In this document: piece after piece, positions 27,680-39,633 of the stretch
Numbering within the stretch: position 1 is the stretch's first letter
Layout: every line of letters starts with the position of its first letter
Assembly (NCBI RefSeq): GCF_009914755.1
Contig: NC_060927.1
Source of the DNA: the human T2T-CHM13v2.0 reference genome, Homo sapiens
DNA length: 64,000 bases
Strand: one strand, 5' to 3'
The notes under the pieces: model-generated
Seen by the model: only the letters and a program-made list of their open reading frames with translations
Told to the model about the DNA's origin: nothing
Database searches by the model: none
Made by a program: the position numbers and the translations under genes

Positions 27680-28185
27680 GTTAGCAATGCAATTGGCTGA
27701 AAGTAACAGAAAACCTGATTAAGACTTCCTTGAATAAAAAAAGAGTTTATTTTTCTCTTATAACAAGAACAAAGGTAGGGTCTTGCTGGAGGTGGTTGAA
27801 CTATTCAGTGATAATTTAGTGATTTGGGATCTTTCTATATATCTGATTCATCATACAAAGAGTGTTGGATTCCTTTTTCCTGATTGCAAAGATGCCAGCT
27901 ACACCTCCAGGCAGCATATCTGTTTGCAAGACAGAGAAAAGGATGCATGGTTAAACTGCAATACCAGTTCTTCTGTCTCTTTTCATTAGAAAAGAAAAAG
28001 CTTTCTTTTCTAATGAAGCAAACTTCTGCTTAGATTCTATTTGTTAGAATTTGGCCCCATAGCTATCTCTAACTGCAAGGCAGGCTGGAAGATCAAGTTT
28101 GGTGCATTTTAATCACTATAGGATAAAAGGTCAACAGAAAACAACAATGGGTGTTGAATAAGCTGACCCATAGTGCCTGTCACAA
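27680..28185 (-). mobile_element. Old MaLR LTR (MLT1J/K/L-like)
   Basis: ttggctgaaagtaacagaaaacctga, tttatttttctcttataacaag and ctaactgcaaggcaggctggaa motifs. Confidence 0.55.
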
Positions 28186-29174
28186 TAATCTTTAGCAAGT
28201 TTGTTAATTTAACTATTTAAAAAAGAGATTCTGAGAAACTTTATCAGTATGAATATTTAAGTGAGTTATAAAACAATATTTAGAACATACTTCTAAGTTT
28301 GGAGAAAGCAGCTGGGAGCCTAAATACCAAAAGTTTAGGAATGGCTATCTTGGGGATGTGGAATGATAGATTTTTAAAAGTATTATTTGTATTTTAAAAT
28401 ATTTTACCATAAGATGCTATAATTTATTAAAAGAACAAAGAATATATTTTCTAGAAAAATGATGTTGGTGATATGATTTACTTATACTTGAATGTTTAAT
28501 ACAATGATGAATTTAAAAAGTACACAAGTCTGCATAAGCAGAGCTCTATCTTTAGAGGAGAAGATATTTAATATGTTCACAGAAATATTAATGTAAGGAT
28601 ACTAATCATATTACTGATAGTTTCTTAGTTTATACTATTATGAGTGATTCTTGTTTTCTTTAAATTTTCTCTATATTTTTCTAAAAATTAGCAGTTATAA
28701 CTTTATTATAATTAGGAAAATAAAATTGAACTCTTGAGTTTCTAACTATATGTTACTTATGGCGTGGGAGAACATTCCCTTTAGGATATTATTGAAGCAG
28801 CCATGGCTAGTTCGCTTTAAATAAATGGTTTTGTAAGGAAATCAAAACTCAGAGCAGCATTCCCTGAGACAGCTAGTGACCCGGGGAGCCACCACTCCCT
28901 ATTTTCATCAGTTGTTCCCAGATTTTAGATACACATACGCCAATTGTCCAAAGATATTCACAAGCTAAGTATTGCGGAGGACTGTTGATCATTTCAATTG
29001 TTTTTCTCTGTTTCTTCCTCTGTTCTTTCACTTTCTTCTTCATTGTTCCCCTTGCTCTTTATCTTGTTTACTTTCTTCTTCTCCATTGTCCCATTTGTCA
29101 ATTACTCCAGGTATCCATTTCTTGATGGCTTCCCTGGATCAAAGTGTCCCTCCCCTTCTCTCACAATTTCTATG

Positions 29175-29490
29175 GGCTGTTTCTCAACCTTTAACATGCA
29201 TATGAATCACCTGGAACACCTCATTAAAATGCACATTCTGATTTCTTACACCTGGGGTGGACCCTGAACAGCTTCATTTCGAACAAAAATCCCCAGTGTT
29301 TCTGATGCTGCTACCCTTTGAGTAGCAAAGTTCTATTGCAATGTTTAACCCTGGCTACACACGAGAACCACTTGGGTAGCTTTAAAAACTAGCACCGTTG
29401 CCTGGGTCCCTACCCCAGATATTCTGATGTAACACAACTGGAGTATGTCCTGAGCATCAGAATTTTTTTGTTTCCCAGATGAAAACATCA
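29175..29490. mobile_element. Two adjacent MER5-type (hAT-Charlie) relics
   Basis: tttctcaacctttaacatgcatatgaatcacctgg...attaaaatgcacattctg and ttaaccctggctacacacgagaaccacttggg...ccccagatattctgat. Confidence 0.6.
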
Positions 29491-30861
29491 TATAACTTTA
29501 CGCAATGACCTACACTTACTTGCATATCAGTCATTCTCTTCCAACAAAGTCCCAGTTTATTAAGGATGGAAACAATATATTTTGTATCATTGTATTCTTC
29601 ATATCCTGCTGGATGAATGAAACAAAGTATACAAGAAAAAAATGGCAAATAATTATTCATGTGGTTGAAGTAATAGAAGAAACTAAACTGTGGGTGTTAA
29701 TTCATAAATGTAGCCAACAATTTGTTTTTATGATATCATTTTGAATTTTGAATTATTTTTGTAATTTTCTTTTGTTAAAATGCTCAGGTATTAAAGTTTG
29801 TAGATCTTTAAAATCACTACTAATTTCACAATACACTATATCTTTCATATCTTGAGTTTTTGTTGCCTAGACGTAGTCAATAGGAGTATAATTTTCAGAA
29901 AAAGCTAAAAATAATGATCACATTTTAAAATGTCAATATTTAGATTGAATTCACAGAGAAAGCAAAATTACTGTCAAAAATAATTTTTTAAATAATGAAA
30001 ATATTTTGCAAAAATCTTTACCCCTACTGACTCTGCTACAAACCCTAACACACTTTCTACTTTTCAAGTTCTAGAATATAAAAGAGGGATCCAATAATAT
30101 GTTGGTAAAGAATCTCCTTCAGGGTATTGCTTTCATCATTTTTTCCCTTGTGGGTTAAGAAATCTTTTTATCCTCCAAAGACCTCTCTCTGTGCTTAAAG
30201 CATGTTAGCAGCCTTGCCAAAAATTAATGATATGTGTAATCTTAGCTTGCTATAGGGTATGTTATTGCATTTGTAATTTTTTTATGCTAGAAGATAATAT
30301 GCTTCCTCTTATTAAGCAAGTCGGATTTGCCTAAAACAATACAATCTTCTGAGCAACTCCATTCTGCCTTTTTGACAGATAAGGTTTCAAAGCTTCATAG
30401 CATAACTGAATTAGGCCATCTTGCCACAGTCATAACCAGTCAGAAGTGCATCAAGACTGACTGCTTTTATTCAGTTTCTTAACTATTTATACTCAGTAAC
30501 AAGGTTGCCCAGTTTAGAGGATCTTCATGATATCCTCCAGCACAGTAACTACAAAAGATGTCTCCAGTGCAAACTCAGAATAATTTTTCCTTTTTTAAGC
30601 TTCACTCATAGACAAGAAGCACAATATTATGAACAGTAGTTATCATTGTACAACAGAAAGCCTAGAAGTAACTCCCTGAATTCCCAGTCATAAAGTAGTC
30701 TGTGGCTTATGGTTTCAGTTGCCCAAACTCTGCTGTTGCCTAACTATAGGGGCCATTGAGGAAAAGAAGTATATAGCCCTTCCAGAGTATATCTCATATT
30801 TGGGAATCCAGGCACTCATTAACCCCTTCACCTGTGACAATTAGAGGGTAATGAGTGATCA

Positions 30862-30985
30862 AGGACTAAATTGACTAATATAATTTATATCCAAACAGAC
30901 ATTTCTGAAATAAAAGGGGATGCTGTAATTACACCAGTACACCAGGTGTTAACCTGGATTGTCCTATGCAAACTTACTTATAATT
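30862..30985 (-). mobile_element. MER94-like (hAT-Blackjack) MITE
   Basis: atataatttatatccaaacagacatttctga...aaggggatgct...aattacaccagtacaccaggtgttaacctggattgtcc resembles the MER94 reverse complement. Confidence 0.55.
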
Positions 30986-31152
30986 AGCCTGATACACAGG
31001 TGAAATGAATGAGCTTCTGAATTTACACATTTCTGAATATGCACCCATACTCACTAAATCCATGAGTTCTCTCCTCACTTTACTGAAACAAATAATTATT
31101 AAATGGTATTTTACTGTCCTTTTGTGTGCCTTCTCTCTTCAAATTCCTTTAA

Positions 31153-31438
31153 TTTTTGAGACGGAGTCTCGCTCTGTCACCCAGGCTGGAGTGCAGTGGC
31201 ACAATCTCGGCTCACTGCAACCTCCGCTCCTGGGTTCAAGCGATTCTCCTGCCTCAGCCTCCTGAGTAATTATGATTACAGGCACGCACCACCATACCCG
31301 GCTACTTTTTGTATTTTTAGTAGAGACGGGGTTTCAGCATGTTGATCAGGCTGGTCTTGAACCCCTGACCTCAGGTGATCTGCCCGCCTTGGCCTCCCAA
31401 AGTGCTGGGGTTACAGGCATGAGCCACTGCACCCATCC
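31153..31438 (-). mobile_element. AluS (Sx-like) SINE with very short tail
   Basis: tttttgagacggagtctcgctctgtcacccagg...tgacctcaggtgatctgcccgcc...gagccactgcacccatcc. Confidence 0.95.
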
Positions 31439-32227
31439 TTAAAAATATTTAAAGATAAAAATATACGTTGGAGTTTGTCTTACACTTTATGCAATTTTTA
31501 AGTTTTTATACAATTTAAATTATAGCAATTAATGTGATAAATAATTTTAGTTTTTCATAGGTAGTCAAAAATGGCCACTTCCTTTTTATTTTTTATTGTA
31601 TGTAAGGTATACAATATGATTTTTGATATACATATGCATATGAAATGATTACTACAGTTTAAACAAACTACATCTATCCCCTTCCATGGTTATCATTTGT
31701 GTGTAGATGGGGGAAAGGTTAAGAGCATCTTCAATCTATTCTTAGTAAATTTACAGTATACAGTATTGTTAACTATAGTCCACATGCTATGTATTAAATA
31801 TTCTAATGATTTATTTATCCTACATAACTACAAATTGTACTCCTTTACCTACTTCTCTCTTTTTCCTCTGTCCCTCCACTCCTGGTAATCCCTGTTCCAT
31901 TCTCTGTTTCTATTTATTTGGCATTTTTTCAAAAGATTCCACACATAAATGAGATCATACAGCATTTTCCTTTAGGGGTCTGCCTTACTTCATTTAGCAT
32001 AATGTCCTCCAGGTTCAGCCATGTTGTTACTAATGGCAGCATCTCTTTCTTTTTAAAGGCTGAATAATATTCCATTTCGTGTGTGTGTGTGTGTGTGTGT
32101 ACATACATATGCACACAGTCATGCTTTGCTGCACGACAGGGATACACTCTAAGAAATGCAACATAAGGCGATCTCATCATTGTGTGAACATCATCATTTA
32201 GTGTACTTACACAAACCGAGATGATAT

Positions 32228-32630
32228 TTTCACTTGCGTCCGTGTGAAGAGACCACCAAACAGGCTTTGTGTGAGCAACAAGGCTATTTATTTCACCTGG
32301 GTGCAGGCGGGCTGAGTCCAAAAAGAGAGTCAGCGAAGGGAGCTAGGGGTAAGGCCGTTTTATAAGATTTGGGTAGGTAAAGGAAAATTACAGTCAAAGG
32401 GGGGTGTTCTCTGGCAGGCAGGGGTGGGGGTCACAGGGTGCTCAGTGGGGGAGCTTTTGAGCCAGGAAAAGGAATTTCGCAAGGTAATGTCATCAGTTAA
32501 GGCAGGAACAGGCCATTTTCACTTCTTTTGTGGTGGAATGTCATCAGTTAAGGCAGGAACCGGCCATCTGGATGTGTACGTGCAGGTCACAGGGGATATG
32601 ATGGCTTAGCTTGGGCTCAGAGGTCTGACA
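32228..32630 (-). repeat. HERV-H 3' LTR (LTR7 family), complete
   Basis: Minus strand runs TGTCAGACCTCTGAGCCCAAGCTAAGCC...CTCTTCACACGGACGCAAGTGAAA with TATAAAA and AATAAA. Confidence 0.95.
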
Positions 32631-33457
32631 TTCCTGTCTTCTTAAATTAATAATAAAAAAACGAAATAGTGGTAAAGTGTTGGGACGGCAAAAATTTTGG
32701 GGGGTGGTATGGAGAGATAATGGGTAATGTATCTCAGGGCTGCTTCGAGCGGGATTAGGGGCGGTGTGGGAACCTAGAGTGGGAGAGATTAAGCTGAAGG
32801 AAGATTTTCTGGTAAGGGGTGATATTGTGGGGTTGTTAGAAGAAACGTTTGTCATTTAGAATTATTGGTGATGGCCTGGATATGGTTTTGTATGAATTGA
32901 AAAACTAAACAGAATAAGAGAAGGAGAAAAACAGGTATTAAAGGTCTAAGAATTGGAAGGACCCAGGACATCTAATTAGAGAGTGCCTAAGGAGATTCAG
33001 CATAGTCCTGCCAGCAAAGATTATTTACTTTAAGTGTTAAGAGTGGCAGTTTGGGGATGGCACCAGGAGATATCAGCTGTGATGGCTTGGAGAATCAGTA
33101 TAAACCGGCAGTGTAAACAAGAGCAGGGCATTTATGAGTAGTTGAGAATGGTGAATAGGTGTATGACTAGACAGAAGATAGTAGGGATGACAAGTTTTTT
33201 GGGGGCACAGTCCAAGTTGATCTGGTGTCTGGAATGAGGCTGGGGCCTAATAAAAAGGAGCATCCATACAGGAGCTCAAATGGGCTGTACCCTGTAGCAT
33301 TCCGAGGACGGGCCTGAATTCTGAGAAGGGAAAGTGGTAAGAGTATTGTCCATTCCTTTTTAAGTTGGTGGCTGAGCTTGGTGAGGTGTGCTTTTAAAAG
33401 ACCATTAGTCCATTCTACCTTTCCTGAAGACTGAGGACCGTAGGGGATATAAAGGTT

Positions 33458-34837
33458 TCACTGAATACCAAGAGCCTGAAAAACTGCTTGGCTGATTTGA
33501 CTAATAAAGGCTGGTCTGCTATCGGACTGTATAGAGGTGGGAAGGCCAAACCAAGGAATTATGTCTGACAGAAGGGAAGAAATGACCGCAGTGGCCTTCT
33601 CAGACCCTGTAGGAAAGGCCTCTACCCATCCAGTGAAATTGTCTACCCAGACTAAGAGGTATTTTAGTTTTCTGACTCGGGGCATGTGAGTAAAGTCAAT
33701 TTGCCAGTCCTGGGCAGGGGCAAATCCCCGAGCTTTATGTGTAGGAAAGGGAGGAGGCCTGAACAATCCCTGAGGGGTAGTAGAATAGCAGATGGAACAC
33801 TGAGAAGTGATTTCCTTGAGGACAGATTTCCACGATGGAAAGGAAATGAGAGGTTCTAAGAGGCAGGCTAGCGGCTTATAACCTACATGGAAGAGGTTAT
33901 GAAATGATGACAGAATAGAATGGGCCTGTGAGGCTGGAAGGAGATATTTTCCCTGGTCTAAGAACCATTTGCCTTGTGTGGGAAGAGATTGATAGGTGGA
34001 AGTTTCAGCGGGGGAGTAGGTGGGAGTGACTGACGTGAAGGAGAAAAACTGGCCATGAGGGACAGAAGTTGGAAAGCTAGCTGCTTGTCTAGCCACCTTA
34101 GCATAAACATTGCCTAGAGCAAAGGGATCTGATGCCTTTTGATGGCCTTTGCAGTGAATGACTCCAGCTTCCTTTGGAAGTAAAGCGGCCTTGAGCAGAG
34201 TTTTTATTAAACAGGCATTAATGATGGAGGACCCTTGCGTAGTGAGGAAACCTCTTTCAGCCCATACAACAGCATGGTGGTGCAGAATATGAAAGGCATA
34301 TTTAGAGTCAGTATAAATATTGATGCGTAGTCCTTTTGCAAGAGTGAGGGCTTGAGTTAAGGCAACTAGTTCAGCTTGTTGAGAGGTAGTGGAGGGGGGC
34401 AGAGTGGTAGCCTCAATGATACATGTGGAAGATACTATAGCATAGCCTGCCTTTGCTGGTGAGTGGCAATTAGGCCTGGTGGAACTGCCATTAATAAACC
34501 AAATGTGATCAGGGTGAGGAACAGGAAAGAAGGAAATATAGGGAAATGGGGTGAATATCAGGTGGATCAGAGAGATACAGTCATGAGGGTCAGGTGTGGT
34601 ATCCAGAATAATGTGGGAGGCCGGATTGAAGTCCAGGCCAGGAACAATGGTAATTGTGGGAGACCCAACAAAGAGTGAGTATAGCTGAAGGAGCCGGGGA
34701 GCAGAAACTATATGCGTCAGGTATGAGGAAGAAAATAGATTTTGGAAGTTATAAGAACTGTAGAGAGTGAGTTGAGCATAGTTTGTGATTTTTAGGGCCT
34801 CTAAAAGTATTAAAGCACCGGCAGCCGCTGAACGCAA
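33458..34837 (-). pseudogene. HERV-H pol remnant: RNase H plus integrase N-terminal/core, 459 codons open
   Basis: Motifs WFINGSS, SQQAELVAL, NIYTDSKY, HCKGHQ (RNase H) and H..FH...C..C, WQIDFTHMP, SIQSDS (integrase); frame starts at TTG and stops before the catalytic Glu. Confidence 0.9.
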
Positions 34838-35161
34838 ACATGAGGGCTAGGCTAAAACAGTAAGGTCAAGTTGTTTGGACAGAAAGGCTACAGGGTGTGG
34901 TCCCGGCTCCTGTGTAAGAATTCTGACCACACTAACCATGCCTAAGAAGGAAAGGAGTTATTGCTTTGTAGAAGGGATTGAGGTTTGGGAGATTAGTCAG
35001 ACACGATCAGCAGGGAGAGCACATGTGTTTTTATGAGAATTATGCCGAGATAGGTAACAGATAAGGATGAAATTTGGGCTTGACTGAAGTAATGGGGGCT
35101 ATCTGTGAAGCCTCGTGGCAGTACAGCCCAGGTAATTTGCTGAGCCTGATGGGTGTCAGGG

Positions 35162-35967
35162 TCAGTCTAAGTGAAAGCAAAGAGAGGCTGGGATGAAGGG
35201 TGGAAAGGGATAGTAAAGAAAGCATGTTTGAGATCCAGAACAGAAATAATGGGTTGTGGAGGGAGGTATTGAGGATAGGAGAGTATATGGGTTTGGCACG
35301 ACGGGGTGGATAGGCAAAACAATTTGGTTGATAAGGCACAGATCCTGAACTAACCTGTAAGGCTTGTCTGGTTCTAGGACAGGTAAAATGGGGGAATTGT
35401 AAGGAGAGTTTATAGGCTTTAAAAGGCCATGCTGTAACAGGTGAGTGATAACAGGCTTTAATCCTTTTAAAGCGTGTTGTGGGATGGGATATTGGCATTG
35501 AACGGGGTAAGGGTGATTAGGTTTTAATGAGATGGTAAGGGGTGCATGATCGGTCGCCAAGGAGGGAGTAGAGGTATCCCATACTGGTGGGTTAAGGTGG
35601 GGGGATATGACAGGAGGATGCAAAGGAGGCTTTGAACTGGGGGGAAAGGTGGCAATGAGGTGTGGCTGTAGCCTAGGAATAGTCAGGGAAGCAGATAATT
35701 TAGTTAAAATGTCTCGACCTAATAAGGGAGCTGGGCAGGCGGGGATAACTAAAAAAGAGTGCATAAAATAATGTTGTCCAAGTTGGCAGCAGAGTTGGGG
35801 AGTTTTAAGAGGTTTAAAGCCTGGCCGTCAATACCCACAACAGTTATGGAGGCAAGGGAAACAGGCCCTTGAAAAGAAGGTAATATGGAATTAGTAGCCT
35901 CTGTATTGATTAAGAAGGTGACGGACTTACCCTCCACTGTGAGAGTTACCCGAAGCCTGGCATCCAT
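35162..35967 (-). pseudogene. HERV-H protease and N-terminal reverse transcriptase remnants (frameshifted)
   Basis: ORFs 35749-35967 (FLINTEAT, degenerate DTG motif) and 35162-35764 (LLGRDILTKL, SPYNSPILPV, YRLVQDL). Confidence 0.85.
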
Positions 35968-36049
35968 GATGGTCTAGGGGGCTTCCGAGGCGATCGGGCA
36001 GTGTCAGTCTTCAGCCTCTAAGTGGAGAAGATCTGGGAAGGAGTCAGTC

Positions 36050-36920
36050 AGAGAGCCTTGGGCCAGAGTTCCAGGGGCTCTGGGAGTGGCTGCCAGGTGA
36101 GTTGAACAGTCCGATTTTCAGTGGGGTCCCGCACAGATGGGATGCGGCTTAGGAGGAATCCGGGGCTGTGGGCATTCCTTGGCTCGGTGGCCAGATTTCC
36201 AGTACTTGTAGCAAGCTCCTGGGAGAGGAGGTTCTGGAGGAACACCTGGCCGACTGCGGTTCAGGCGTTTGGAAGTTCTTGTGTGCTGGAGATGTGGCTG
36301 GGGTTTGTCTCATAGTGGAGGCAAGGAATTGCAACTTTTTTTCTATTATTGTACACCTTGAAGGTGAGGTTAACTAAGTCCTGTTGCGGGGTTTGATGGC
36401 CGGAATTTAATTTTTGGAGCTTTAAAGTCGGGAGCGGATTGGGTAATAAAATGTATATTGAGAATAAGACGGCCTTTTGACCTTTTAGGTCTAGGGCTAT
36501 AAAGCATCTCAGGGTTGCTGCCAAATGAGCCATGAACTGGGCTGGGTTTTTCATATTTGATGAAAAAGAGCCTAAACACTAACTGATTTGGGAGAGGTGG
36601 GATAAGGAAAAAGGAAAAGGAGCATTAACCTTGACTATGCCTTTAGCTCCAGCCACCAATTGCTGGGCAGGTGGGGGAGGGCTAGTCGTGGAACGAAACT
36701 GTAAGCCGGACCAGGTGTGAGGAGGGGCGGTGATAAAAAGATTATAGGGTGGAGGAGCAGAGGCTGAGGAAGAATTGGGACCTAGCTCGGCCTGGCAAGG
36801 AGCAGCCTGGGGAGGAGGGGAAAGGCCAGATGGGTCTGTAGAAAAGGAAGAAAGACTCAGTGACGCTTGGGGTTGGAACTGAGGGGACAGGCGAGACGGA
36901 AAGAAGGAGAATTTGGGACG
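36050..36920 (-). pseudogene. HERV-H gag remnant
   Basis: FITQSAPD capsid motif and degenerate zinc knuckle CYKYWKSGHRAKEC (~36170-36215), with frameshifts. Confidence 0.75.
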
Positions 36921-36925
36921 ATTCT

Positions 36926-37317
36926 AACAGGCTTTGTGTGAGCAACAAGGCTATTTATTTCACCTGGGTGCAGATGGGCTGAGTCCGAAAAGAGAGTCAG
37001 CGAAGGGAGATAGGGGTGGGGCCATTTTATAAGATTTGGGTAGGTAAAGGAAAATTACAGTCAAAGGGGAGGTGTTCTCTGGCGGGAAGGGGTGGGGGTC
37101 ACAAGGTGCTCAGTGGGGGAGCTTTTGAGCTGGGATGAGCCAGGATGAGCCAGGAAAAGGAATTTCGCAAGGTAATGTCATCAGTTAAGGCAGGAACAGG
37201 CCATTTTCACTTCTTTTGTGGTGGAATGTCATTAGTTAAGGCAGGAACCCGCCATCTGGATGTGTACGTGCAGTCACAGGGGATATGATGGCTTAGCTTG
37301 GGCTCAGAGGCCTGACA
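36926..37317 (-). promoter_or_regulatory. HERV-H 5' LTR (LTR7 family); U3/R retained, end of U5 deleted
   Basis: Aligns to 32259-32630; TATA (reverse complement of ttttata, ~37025-37031) retained; lacks the terminal 31 bp present in the 3' LTR. Confidence 0.9.
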
Positions 37318-38419
37318 GATATAGCCTACTCCATATAGGTTATATGGTATAACCTATTGCTCCTAGGCTACAAACCTGTATAGCTTGTTACTGTACTTAG
37401 TACTTTAGGCAATTGTAACACAATGGTAAATACTTATATATCTAAACATATCTAAACAAAGAAAAGATACAATAAAAATACAGTATAAAGGTTATAACAT
37501 GGTACACATATATAGAGCAATTATGATGAATGGAGCTTATAGAACTGGAATTTGCTTGGACTGGAAGTTGCTCCAAGTCAGTGAGTGAGTGAGCAGTGAG
37601 TGAATGTGAAGGCCTAGGACATGATTGCATGCTATTGATGACTTTATAAACACTGTACGCTGAGGCTACACTAAATTTATAAAAAGAAAGTAATTATGCT
37701 ACAACAGCTATGATGTCACCAGATGACAGCAATATTTGAGCTCTATTATAATCTTCTAGGACCACTGTCATATGCTGTCTATCGTTGACCGAAACATTAT
37801 GCAGCACATGACTGTACTATAATTTCCGTTTATCTGTTGATAGATACTTAAGTTGTTTCTAACTCTTGGCTACTAATGGCCACTTCTTAAAGGATGTTCA
37901 CTAAGCATGTTTTTCATTTCCTCTCTGATTTTGATTTCTCATACATTTCTTTAAAGCAAATATGGTGAAAATTAAAATCAGAGTTTAGACCCAATGACTG
38001 CTAGTTTCCTTTATTCTAGTAAATATTATAAGTCTATTTGTATGAAAAAAATAACACTACTTTGAAGTTAGGACTGGTCGTGTTATGCTGATACTTAAAG
38101 ATGTTTCCCAAATGCTGATCTTTTCATTGATAACTAATTGTATACAGGAAGTTCTTTCATTTTTGCATAAAGGTTTCTTAAAAATGTGTTTTAAAGTTTA
38201 TAAATTGAATAACAGGCTTATACATTATAAGCCTTTGCGTTTTCATCTAGCCATAATGTGTCCTTTGGAGACCCTGCTTGCTGCACCAAACTGTCAAGCA
38301 AAAAACTGTGCACAGGTTGTCAATTCTAGGAAAGAACTTGAACATGGAGGATAGCAAAGATCATCACTATTTCAACCACTCAGTATAGAAGTCTATACAC
38401 TCTGTCCACTGCATATCAG

Positions 38420-38810
38420 AATCACCAAGAAAAACAACACAGTTAAGCACTAGAGGGTGCAGTGTGTTACTCAAATACAGGAATAACAGAGTAAGATCAG
38501 CTCCTGTAGTGGGTGTAGGTCCCCCATGGCCAGCAGGTTTCTCTAGGCACCTGATTTAGGGGTATTGGCCTGCACACACCCCTCATGGGCAGCAGCAGAA
38601 GGATTTTGACTCAGACTCCTCCTCCATGGGAGCTGAGAGTGTATCTGAGGGCCGCTGACACACATGCTTAGGCAGGACAAAAACACATACGATTGAAACA
38701 GGGCAGGATATTCCCACACAAGGTAATAAGCACAGTACAGGCTGTGTGGGCTCTTTATCTCTTGGTAGAAGGGGTGAAAGACTGTGAACGTGAGACAGCT
38801 TTTCACAACA
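38420..38810. mobile_element. Probable ancient LTR fragment (family not determined)
   Basis: Locally GC-richer ~400-bp island with LTR-like composition ending in ...cttttcacaaca; no TSD recognised. Confidence 0.35.
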
Positions 38811-39633
38811 ATTATAATCTATTACACTCACATAATTTACTAGTGGATTCTTTACAAGCAATTTAGGATGTTTCTTAAATAGTCAAGTCACAAAATGGGA
38901 ACATACAAATTACTAAGTATGAAAAGGGCCAGAACATCCATTCCTAGTTTTGCTTTTACCTCCAATATATTCCAGTGATATTTGTTTGGAAAGAGAAACA
39001 TGGTATTTTTTAATCTATTGATATTAAAAAATTAATAGATTTATTAATAGTGTTCTTACTGTGACTATTAGAATAAATAAATTACAACCCACCCATCACA
39101 TACTTTGTTAGAACCCCCTTCATGAAAAGCGTGCTATTTTATAAGAAGAAAATATCTCTAACAAGGGTGACTAACTTGTGACTACATGAAAATTTTAAAA
39201 TGAGCCATCATAAGCATCTTTTGAGTGCTGTCAGACTGCTCAAGTGAAGAGAATAGGAAATCTATTTAAAAAAAAAAAAGCAGGTCAGAGCAAGGGAAGT
39301 GCAAATTAAAATCAGGTAAGGCTTAAGCAATGTGAAAGAGCATTTTATAAGAAAGTCCAAATCTAGTTACACAATACATCATAGGCACGAAGCCAAGCAG
39401 AGAATCAATCAAACCTGGTTATGATCAAGGTGGATTCAAGGATGGAAGAATATAGAAAAGATTATATGTTTAATCTTGATGTTTACTGAAGACATGAATG
39501 ACATTTTCACTTCCAAATTTTCTTTAGAAAAAAGGTCAGAGATATTAGATCAAACACTGTCCAATTCATAGATACTGCTAATTTTATTGAAGAGTAGAAA
39601 TAACTGCCAATAATTATATGCTCCCTAGCATTT

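Larger units (their letters stand above)
32228..37317 (-). mobile_element. HERV-H provirus (deleted, non-autonomous), antisense to host gene
   Basis: Two LTR7-type LTRs, gag/pro/pol remnants, polypurine tract (reverse complement of ttcctgtcttctt at 32631), 5-bp TSD gatat at 32223-32227 and 37318-37322. Confidence 0.97.
32116..37814 (-). mobile_element. Tigger3-family (TcMar) DNA transposon relic, ~0.6 kb net, interrupted by HERV-H
   Basis: TIR ends cagtcatg (32116) and catgactg (37807-37814) followed by TA; internal gtgtacttacacaaacc|agcctact...ctcctaggctacaaacctgta are collinear across the provirus. Confidence 0.85.
31582..37874 (-). mobile_element. 5'-truncated old L1MA 3' end, interrupted by Tigger3 and HERV-H
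   Basis: 31582-32077 is antisense L1M 3' UTR (aactatagtccacatgctatgtatt, gattccacacataaatgagatcat, ggctgaataatattccatt); resumes 37815-37874 (tatctgttgatagatacttaagttgtttc); 12-bp TSD aatggccacttc at 31570-31581 and 37875-37886. Confidence 0.85.

Noticed and set aside
33440-35920. G-to-A changes at HERV-H catalytic codons as APOBEC3 hypermutation
   Set aside because: Only a few sites, some explicable by CpG decay or shared by many non-autonomous HERV-H copies; cannot be supported without an alignment.
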